Notes under the pieces: model-generated
What the model was told of the DNA's origin: nothing
Databases searched by the model: none
Seen by the model: only the letters and a program-made list of their open reading frames with translations
Translations under genes and position numbers: made by a program
In this document: piece after piece, positions 17,267 to 24,568 of the stretch
Numbering within the stretch: position 1 is the first letter of the stretch
How the letters are laid out: each line of letters begins with the position of its first letter
From: a virus
Taxonomy: Duplodnaviria; Caudoviricetes
Virus record (IMG/VR): IMGVR_UViG_3300014720_000155
Coordinates: 1 to 26,720 of that record
DNA length: 26,720 nt
Strand: one strand, 5' to 3'

Positions 17267-19423
17267 ATGAACTTTAAATCAATAATAAACGATATTTGTT
17301 GTGACAAGCGTATAAAAAGTGGTGTTCTTGACCTTAAGAATGCCGAACATGTTTTTGTAGTACAAGAATATTTAGTAAACGACGGATATAATATAGACGA
17401 GGTGGTTGATAAAACTGCTTCTTTATTTGAAGCGGGTAGATTTCCAGAAAGACAAGCATATAATAAAGATGGTATACTTGTTACATTTCCAAACAAATCG
17501 TACAGAGATAGAGCGGTTAATAAAGGAACTCATTTTGCTGAAAATCCTAAAAAGGATAAACCTAACATTTTCGTAAAAGACGGAGAAAAAACTTCAAATC
17601 AACAACAGTCGGATAGTGAGCCTGCTACACTGGATCAAGCCGTAAACAAAGATTTTGTTGACTCAGATAGAGAAGATCCCGATCAAAAAAGAACACCTTC
17701 TGAAAAAATCGCAGATGCTCAAGTTGTACAATCTATATTAATCGGTCAAACACCATTGGTAAATTATAGTGTTGATGAAGCTAAAAAGTTTGGCTTCTAT
17801 AAAAAGGGGTATAAGTGGTATGATACAAACGGTCAGTATATTGGCGAACAAGTATACGATGAATCTTTAAAAAACACGCTGATTAGGAAATCCTTAAAAG
17901 AAGCATCTGTTCCTAAATATAGCAATGAGTATTTTACAATTGCAAAAGATTTTTTGTTTTATGAACCAGTAGCCGGAACAGACGATGCTGGAAAAACGAT
18001 ACCCCCAGAACTTTATTTCCAAAAAGTTTTTGAAACGACAAATTTTAACACATTTAAGTTTCCAAGAGGAAGAGATATACAGTTTACACTTGTTGATTTT
18101 GACAAATATTTATCTACAAATAATGTAAATTTAGTGCCTGCTTCTACATATGTAAAAATTAGAAGTTTATCAGATGAGCGTTTGATTCAATATAAGAAGA
18201 ACGACGTACAAACAATCGCTGTATTATCTACACTATACAAAAAATATAAAAACAAGTTTGTTTCTAAATCAAATAGTGATATGGATAAATCGTGTCCTGC
18301 TAGAGAAATGGAGAACTATATAGGCGAAGAATTTAATAGTCCAGAAGGATCAAAAAACGCAGTTGCTAAAAAGATAGCTGATAAATTAAAGACTGGTAAA
18401 TATAAAGAAATTAGTGCGCCGGTTAAAGCTATAGAAATATTAGGTTCTACGGGATGTAAATTATCGGAAGAGTTTGCGGGTATATCCAAGATATCTAAAA
18501 CAGATTTAATTATTAATGGCAACATAAAATGTAGTGCAAAGAAAGCCGGTGGAGCACAAATAGCATCTTCACAACACAAAGAACTAACCACAGTAATTTC
18601 TGCGGTATTAAAAGACTTTCCGGATATTAAAAATAAGATAGTAGCAAACATTACAGAAACACTCGCTCATTTGATGGAGAAATCGTTTTATTATAAACAT
18701 GCAGATGTTATTAATAAAAATTTGACCACATTATCAACCACTAGTGATCAAAAGAAAACTAAAGAAGCTGTAAATAACTTAATATCATTGATTAAAAGTC
18801 CAGATGCGGTCAATGATATTAAAATAGAAGAAAAAGAAATGCATCAGATGTTGGGTGAATTAAATAAAATTTTTACCGAAGATAAATACAAAAAAGCATT
18901 GTTGAGAGAATTCTCTACTGGTGAAAAAAGATTTGCTGCTGGAGAAAAATGTGTAGCAGATCATATTATGACTTGGGATTGCCAAGGAGATTGCTTAATT
19001 TACACAGTAGACGAATTCATCGACGACAACTTTAATAAAATTAAATTCGGTGTACGTGATAGAGGAAATGAACGAGGTGGATCACTTAGAATTGGTATTC
19101 TAAAAGAACAATACGACGAAACAGATTATCTTTTATTAGAAAATCAAATAATCGAAGAAAGTTTAATGTCGTTTATTAACAATTTAGGAGTCGAATTTAA
19201 AAATGTAGTACAAAACAGTTTGGATTTTGTTAAAAATCTATCTACATCCGCTAAGAGTGCATTAAATGTGTTTTATAACAAAATAAAAGACTTTTTCAAA
19301 CAAATGGTTATAAAAATATCAATTACTGTTAAACAAATTTTAGATAAGGGATTTGAATATTTTGCAAATTATTTTGATATGGAACCTGAAATTGACGGCA
19401 AATTTGAATTTGAAATACCATGA
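17267..19423 (+). CDS. Multidomain hypothetical protein with a possible PD-(D/E)xK nuclease-like central domain
   Basis: 718 aa; SKTDLIINGNIKCSAKKAGGAQ resembles a D...(S/E)xK restriction-endonuclease-like core; acidic linker and amphipathic C-terminal helix. Confidence 0.55.
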   Translation: MNFKSIINDICCDKRIKSGVLDLKNAEHVFVVQEYLVNDGYNIDEVVDKTASLFEAGRFPERQAYNKDGILVTFPNKSYRDRAVNKGTHFAENPKKDKPNIFVKDGEKTSNQQQSDSEPATLDQAVNKDFVDSDREDPDQKRTPSEKIADAQVVQSILIGQTPLVNYSVDEAKKFGFYKKGYKWYDTNGQYIGEQVYDESLKNTLIRKSLKEASVPKYSNEYFTIAKDFLFYEPVAGTDDAGKTIPPELYFQKVFETTNFNTFKFPRGRDIQFTLVDFDKYLSTNNVNLVPASTYVKIRSLSDERLIQYKKNDVQTIAVLSTLYKKYKNKFVSKSNSDMDKSCPAREMENYIGEEFNSPEGSKNAVAKKIADKLKTGKYKEISAPVKAIEILGSTGCKLSEEFAGISKISKTDLIINGNIKCSAKKAGGAQIASSQHKELTTVISAVLKDFPDIKNKIVANITETLAHLMEKSFYYKHADVINKNLTTLSTTSDQKKTKEAVNNLISLIKSPDAVNDIKIEEKEMHQMLGELNKIFTEDKYKKALLREFSTGEKRFAAGEKCVADHIMTWDCQGDCLIYTVDEFIDDNFNKIKFGVRDRGNERGGSLRIGILKEQYDETDYLLLENQIIEESLMSFINNLGVEFKNVVQNSLDFVKNLSTSAKSALNVFYNKIKDFFKQMVIKISITVKQILDKGFEYFANYFDMEPEIDGKFEFEIP

Positions 19424-19812
19424 TACAAAAACAACTGCTTTGTACATTTTCAAATAGTAGTCAATACACTACTATATTAAATGAAATACCACAACAATAT
19501 AATTTGGTTGATAACAAAATCTTTATATTTGCTAACGAAAACAATCTACGAGAATTGTATTTGACTTTTAATGTAGAAAAACGTGAACAAAATAATCGTT
19601 ATAAAGGTACTATAAGCGTACATCGTAAGAAACAAACAAATACATTATATACACTGAACGCAATGAATAAGCTTATTGAGGACGAGAATAATGGTGTATT
19701 TGATAAAAGTTTTCAATTAAATTGGGATTTATATAAAAACTCAATTATATTAACCAATGAAATTGGAGTGAAAATAGTTCCATTAAAATTATTTTCTATT
19801 TTTGAAGTTTGA
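19420..19812 (+). CDS. Hypothetical protein
   Basis: 130 aa; ATGA overlap; QLLCTF...HRKKQTNTLYTLNAMN. Confidence 0.75.
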   Translation: MIQKQLLCTFSNSSQYTTILNEIPQQYNLVDNKIFIFANENNLRELYLTFNVEKREQNNRYKGTISVHRKKQTNTLYTLNAMNKLIEDENNGVFDKSFQLNWDLYKNSIILTNEIGVKIVPLKLFSIFEV

Positions 19813-19826
19813 TATTTATTTATAAC

Positions 19827-19855
19827 TTGATTTTGATCTGCACCTAGTGTAGACT
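19827..19855 (+). promoter_or_regulatory. Sigma70-like promoter for the SSB gene
   Basis: TTGATT (19827-19832), 17-bp spacer, TAGACT (19850-19855); TATTTATT also present at 19813-19820. Confidence 0.5.
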
Positions 19856-19876
19856 TGATTTCAAGTTGGTTATAAA

Positions 19877-19937
19877 TTGTGAGTCGAGTGGCTCATAAAA
19901 TAATTAACTAATTAACAATTAAAAAATTAAATAAATT
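19877..19937 (+). promoter_or_regulatory. Putative translational operator of the SSB gene (hairpin plus A/U tract)
   Basis: Stem TTGTGAGTC / GGCTCATAA with GAGT loop (19877-19898), then a G-free A/T tract with four AATTAA copies up to the ATG. Confidence 0.55.
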
Positions 19938-20768
19938 ATGGCATTAGACATTAGTAAACTAAAAAATCGTTTGAGCTCTCTTTCAAACACAAATCAAAAA
20001 TCCAACTTGATTTGGAAACCAAAGCCTGGTAAACAAGTGGTTCGTATCGTTCCCTATAAGTATTCTCCTGAGAACCCCTTCATCGAACTAAAGTTCCATT
20101 ATAACATCAATAACAAGACTTATCTATCTCCTGATAGTTTTGGTCGTCCCGATCCTATTGTAGAATTTGCAAATCGTTTGAAAAAAACTGGTTCTAAAGA
20201 AGATTGGCAGATGGGTCGTAAGATGGAACCAAAGATGCGTACATTTGCTCCGGTAATTGTGCGAGGTGAAGAACTGGAAGGAGTTAAGTTTTGGGGATTT
20301 GGTAAACAAGTTTATCAAGAACTTCTAAGCATCATCAGTGATCCTGATTTCGGTGACATTACAGATCTAACCAGTGGTCGTGACATTGTTGTAGAGTTCA
20401 AGACAGCTGAAGGCGGTGCTAGTTTCCCAGAAACCAGCATTCGTGTAAAACCAAATATAAGTGTAGCTATCGATCCAAAGAATACTCAACTACTTGAAGC
20501 TCTAAAGTGTCAAGTTAACATTTTGGATCTATTCCCAGAATTTTCTTATGACGAACTTAAGGAAGTAATGGATAAGTGGTTAAATCCTGAAACTGCTGCA
20601 GATGCATCTGTTCTAACAGAAGCAGCTACTTCAGTAGATGATGATGAACCATCATTTACTCCAACTGTTAAAGTTCCGACATCTTTAGCAACAGTTTCAC
20701 CAACTGCTGCTAAAGCAAAGGGTAAAGATAGTGTAGAACAAGCATTTGATGACTTGTTTAACTCCTAA
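19938..20768 (+). CDS. Single-stranded DNA-binding protein (T4 gp32-like)
   Basis: IWKPKPGKQVVRIVP, DPIVE, VKFWGFGKQVYQEL, DITDLTSGRDI and acidic C-terminus AFDDLFNS. Confidence 0.85.
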   Translation: MALDISKLKNRLSSLSNTNQKSNLIWKPKPGKQVVRIVPYKYSPENPFIELKFHYNINNKTYLSPDSFGRPDPIVEFANRLKKTGSKEDWQMGRKMEPKMRTFAPVIVRGEELEGVKFWGFGKQVYQELLSIISDPDFGDITDLTSGRDIVVEFKTAEGGASFPETSIRVKPNISVAIDPKNTQLLEALKCQVNILDLFPEFSYDELKEVMDKWLNPETAADASVLTEAATSVDDDEPSFTPTVKVPTSLATVSPTAAKAKGKDSVEQAFDDLFNS

Positions 20769-20779
20769 AAAATAAAAAT

Positions 20780-20812
20780 AAGCCGGTGGAGTTTTTATAC
20801 CCCACCGGCTTT
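20780..20812 (+). terminator. GC-rich hairpin after the SSB gene (terminator or processing signal)
   Basis: AAGCCGGTGG (20780-20789) / CCACCGGCTT (20802-20811); short T run after and A run before. Confidence 0.7.
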
Positions 20813-20827
20813 CTAGTTATATACAAT

Positions 20828-21961
20828 ATGGCAAAAAAGACAACAGAAAAAGACGATCTGCTAGAAAGATTGGCAGACGAACTCAACAAATCTAATAAAG
20901 AAGGCGGCAAAGTTGCATTCTTTTTGGATGAACAAGAGGATCCATCATCTATTAGTGATTGGATAAGCACAGGTTCATCAATGCTAGATTTAGCGATCAG
21001 TAATCGTCCACATGGCGGTTTGCCAGTAGGACGTATCGTTGAACTAACAGGCCTTGAAGGTACTGGAAAAAGTTTGGTTTGCGCACACATTGTTGCAGAA
21101 ACACAAAGAAAAGGTGGTAAAGCACTTTTCATTGATACAGAAAATTCTGAATCCAGAGAATTCTGGAAGAGTCTTGGAGTTGATTTAGCTAAAAATAAAT
21201 TGATGTATTCTCAGTGTGAAACTGTTGAGGATATATTTTCTATCATGGAAAAAGCAATTACCTTTATTCGTAAGGAGCATCCAGAATTGCTATTAACAAT
21301 TATTGTTGATTCTGTAGCAGCAGCATCAACAAAGGCTGAACTAGAAAGTGACCATGGTAAAGATGGTTACGCAACTGGTAAGTCGATTATTATTAGCAAG
21401 GCAATGCGTAAGATTACCAATATGATTGGTCGTCAGAAAGTATTGTTGATCTTTACAAACCAACTACGTCAGAATCTAAATGCTATGGCATATGGTGACA
21501 AGTATGTAGTTAGTGGTGGTAAAGCTCTTGCTTATCATTGCAGTGTTCGTGTGCGTCTTAACAATACAGGCAAACTAAAGAAGGGAGAAACGGTTATTGG
21601 TAATGAATGTAAAGCAGTTGTTATCAAAAATCGTATGGGCCCACCACATCGTCAGGCAGCTTTTGATATCTATTTTGATAGCGGAATTGCTGACTTTAGT
21701 AGTTGGATTAAGGTAATGAAAGAAAATAGCCTTATCAGACAAGGTGGTGCTTATTACACATATAAAAAAGACGATGGTACTGAATGGAAGTTTCAATCCA
21801 AAGACTTCATTTCAACATTACAATCTGATGCAAAACTAAAAGAAGAAATTTACTTGAAGATTTGCGATGCTGTAGTAATGAAATATAAAGACCCAAATAG
21901 TCAAATTGTCGAAGATGCTCAGGTATCTACAGATGAAGGCGAAGCTGGCGAAGAAGAATGA
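20828..21961 (+). CDS. uvsX: RecA/UvsX recombinase (start moved to ATG 20828)
   Basis: ISTGSSMLD, GGLPVGRIVELTGLEGTGKS (Walker A), IIVDSVAA (Walker B), FTNQLR, GGKAL, KNRMGPP; the track start at 20786 falls inside the terminator stem. Confidence 0.93.
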   Translation: MAKKTTEKDDLLERLADELNKSNKEGGKVAFFLDEQEDPSSISDWISTGSSMLDLAISNRPHGGLPVGRIVELTGLEGTGKSLVCAHIVAETQRKGGKALFIDTENSESREFWKSLGVDLAKNKLMYSQCETVEDIFSIMEKAITFIRKEHPELLLTIIVDSVAAASTKAELESDHGKDGYATGKSIIISKAMRKITNMIGRQKVLLIFTNQLRQNLNAMAYGDKYVVSGGKALAYHCSVRVRLNNTGKLKKGETVIGNECKAVVIKNRMGPPHRQAAFDIYFDSGIADFSSWIKVMKENSLIRQGGAYYTYKKDDGTEWKFQSKDFISTLQSDAKLKEEIYLKICDAVVMKYKDPNSQIVEDAQVSTDEGEAGEEE

Positions 21962-23025
21962 GTGGATTTACTTCCAATGAAAAACGCAGGTTGTTCTCCC
22001 TTTTTGAGAACATAAAGGAGGGTGTTGGAGATAGTGGCATTCAAAAAACCACAAACTCCGACATCCTCCTTGTCGATGGATTGAATACATTTATTCGTTC
22101 ATTTATGGCAGTGCCATCTATGAATGACGATGGAATGCATACCGGAGGAATTGCTGGGTTTCTTAAAAGCGTTGGGTATGCTATTAAACTAATCAATCCA
22201 ACTAGAGTTATTATTGTATTCGATGGTAGCGGCGGATCACAAAAACGTCGTAAGATATATCCAGAATACAAAAAAGGTCGTAAAACCAAAGTAAAGTTCA
22301 ATAGAACATATGAAGATTTAAGTTCTTCGGAATTGGAACAGAAAAACCTTCAAATAGAACTAATGCGATTGGTGAATTATCTCGACGTATTGCCTGTGAC
22401 TGTAATGGCTATAGACAATATTGAAGCGGATGATACAATTGCATATCTATCCGAAGAAACATTCAAGGATAGTAATGTGACCATCATGTCTACAGACAAA
22501 GACTTTTTACAACTAGCTAGTGATAGAGTAAAAATTTGGAGTCCTGTAAAGAAGAAAATATTCGGGTGCAAAGAGATTGTAGACGAATATGGTATTACAT
22601 GTAACAATTTTATATACTACAGAATTCTAGAAGGTGATGTTAGCGATAATATTCCTGGTGTAGATGGTGTTGGTATTAAGAGAGTATTACAGGCATATCC
22701 ATTTCTTGGTGAAGATAAACAAGTAACATTACAAGAAATTTATAACTATTCTGAAAACTATAAGGGTAAGTATAAAATCTACGAACGGGTACTGGATAAC
22801 AAACTTTTAATTGAACGTAATTACGAATTAATGCAGCTGCATAACACACAGATACAGTCTTTCACACAACTACGTGTAGAAGAAATTATTAATGCCCCAA
22901 TAAAGAAGATTAACAAAATTAGCTTCTCTAAGTTAATTACAGAAGATAAAATGTGGAACAACATTCCAAATTATCACATTTGGTTAAATCAGTGTTTCGG
23001 TAAGTTAAACAGTTTCGTAGAATAA
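21958..23025 (+). CDS. 5'-3' exonuclease / flap endonuclease (T4 RNase H / PolI N-terminal-like)
   Basis: LLVDGLN, VFDG, YPEYKKGR, IEADDTIAY, STDKDFLQL and GDVSDNIPGVDGVG. Confidence 0.92.
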   Translation: MSGFTSNEKRRLFSLFENIKEGVGDSGIQKTTNSDILLVDGLNTFIRSFMAVPSMNDDGMHTGGIAGFLKSVGYAIKLINPTRVIIVFDGSGGSQKRRKIYPEYKKGRKTKVKFNRTYEDLSSSELEQKNLQIELMRLVNYLDVLPVTVMAIDNIEADDTIAYLSEETFKDSNVTIMSTDKDFLQLASDRVKIWSPVKKKIFGCKEIVDEYGITCNNFIYYRILEGDVSDNIPGVDGVGIKRVLQAYPFLGEDKQVTLQEIYNYSENYKGKYKIYERVLDNKLLIERNYELMQLHNTQIQSFTQLRVEEIINAPIKKINKISFSKLITEDKMWNNIPNYHIWLNQCFGKLNSFVE

Positions 23026-23045
23026 AAAATATCGGTTAATAAAAG

Positions 23046-23073
23046 TTGAGTTACATCAAAACGGTGATATAGT
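23046..23073 (+). promoter_or_regulatory. Sigma70-like promoter with extended -10 for the helicase gene
   Basis: TTGAGT (23046-23051), 16-bp spacer, TG-A-TATAGT (23065-23073). Confidence 0.55.
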
Positions 23074-23084
23074 AGTATTATCCT

Positions 23085-24467
23085 ATGGAAAACAAAAAAG
23101 CAATTGATTCATTAATTAAGTATGGTCGGGATTTTCAACTCAAGTGCATTTCATGCCTAATATCAGATCGTTCGTTTATTGAACGTATTAATGATATTAT
23201 TGAAGTGGAGTTCTTCGAAAGCGATGCTAATAAATGGATTCTAAAAGAAAGTTTGGCATATTTTAACGAATATAAAGATTTGCCTACATTAACAGTATTC
23301 AAAATTAAAATTGATACTGTATCAGACGATGTTCTTAAAAAGAGTATCGTAGACAATTTAAAGTTAATTTATCAAAAGGTAAATGACAATGATTTAAAGT
23401 TTGTAAAAGAACAGTTTCTAGAATTCTGCAAGAACCAGAAGTTGAAGAATGCTATTATGGAAAGTGCCGATCTACTTGAGATCGGTCAATATGATAAGAT
23501 TAAACACGTTGTGGATCAGGCTATGAAAGCCGGTATGGAACGTAATATCGGACATGATTATACTGAAGACGTTGAAAAACGTATGAGTGTTATGAGTCGT
23601 AATTGTGTCAAAACCAATTGGATAGAGGTTGATACCATCATGGATGGCGGACTAGCAGCAGGCGAACTTGGTATTATTACAGCTTGTGCTGGTAGTGGTA
23701 AGAGTTGGGTACTAAGTAAGTTGGGTACTGAAGCTATGAAACAAGGTAAGAATGTAGTACATTTTACTCTAGAGTTGAATGAAAACTATGTTGGTTTACG
23801 TTATGATAGTTGTTTTACCGGAATTGATTTCCAAAATATTCGTAACAATGTAGACATCGTAAAAAAGAAGATCGCTGAAGTACCTGGCAAACTAAAGATC
23901 AAATATTTCCCAATCAAGACTGTTAGTGCCTACAGTTTAAAGGCTCATTGTGAACGATTGGCTGTATTGGGTACTAAAGTAGATATGATTATTGTTGACT
24001 ATGCTGATATTCTAAGGCCGTCACAAAGTGAACGTAATAGTAATAGCTATAGTGAAGCTGGCGGTATCTATGAAGAACTACGTGGTGTAGCTGGTGAATT
24101 ACAAGTTCCTATTTGGAGTGCTTCACAGAGTAATCGTGCTGCTATGGATGAAGATATTATTCAGGCTAACAACATCGCTGATAGTTATCGTAAGATTATG
24201 ACAGCTGATTTCGTTATGTCACTAAGTCGTAAGGTTAACGATAAACAAGCAAATACTGCAAGATTCCATGTAATTAAGAATCGTTTCGGACCAGATGGTT
24301 TGACATTTCCTGCTAAGATGAATGCTGGTTGTGGTCAAATTGAAATTTATAGTGAGAATTCCAAGGAAGGTATGGGTATTCTTAATGAGATGATGGATGG
24401 TGAAAATCAAGTTAAGAAAGCACTTAAGTCCAAGTGGAATGTTCACAATAGCGATGATGACGAATAA
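23085..24467 (+). CDS. Replicative SF4 helicase (T4 gp41 / DnaB-like)
   Basis: GELGIITACAGSGKS, FTLEL, IIVDYADIL, WSASQSNR, IADS and KNRFGPDG. Confidence 0.93.
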   Translation: MENKKAIDSLIKYGRDFQLKCISCLISDRSFIERINDIIEVEFFESDANKWILKESLAYFNEYKDLPTLTVFKIKIDTVSDDVLKKSIVDNLKLIYQKVNDNDLKFVKEQFLEFCKNQKLKNAIMESADLLEIGQYDKIKHVVDQAMKAGMERNIGHDYTEDVEKRMSVMSRNCVKTNWIEVDTIMDGGLAAGELGIITACAGSGKSWVLSKLGTEAMKQGKNVVHFTLELNENYVGLRYDSCFTGIDFQNIRNNVDIVKKKIAEVPGKLKIKYFPIKTVSAYSLKAHCERLAVLGTKVDMIIVDYADILRPSQSERNSNSYSEAGGIYEELRGVAGELQVPIWSASQSNRAAMDEDIIQANNIADSYRKIMTADFVMSLSRKVNDKQANTARFHVIKNRFGPDGLTFPAKMNAGCGQIEIYSENSKEGMGILNEMMDGENQVKKALKSKWNVHNSDDDE

Positions 24468-24536
24468 TTTATAGTGTGTGAGAATAAAAAAGCATAAAAA
24501 AAATTACTAAAAAAGTTACAATCTAAACACTAAATG

Positions 24537-24562
24537 AACTATCCAAAAGATAGTTATTTTTT
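24537..24562 (+). terminator. Weak hairpin plus T run before nrdA
   Basis: AACTATC-CAAAA-GATAGTT followed by ATTTTTT. Confidence 0.3.
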
Positions 24563-24568
24563 ACCTGT

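Noticed and set aside
20786-20827. N-terminal extension MEFLYPTGFLVIYN of RecA/UvsX in the ORF track
   Set aside because: The GTG lies inside the terminator stem; ATG 20828 (MAKK) is the more plausible start
541-24446. Minus-strand and short alternative-frame ORFs in the track (e.g. 1517-1882, 8860-9183, 10017-10538, 20758-21132)
   Set aside because: They overlap well-supported + strand genes, mirror their repeats or codon bias, and show no recognisable motifs
24468-24568. NrdR box upstream of nrdA
   Set aside because: No convincing match to the acaC(A/T)AtATaT(A/T)Gtg consensus, only a weak hairpin
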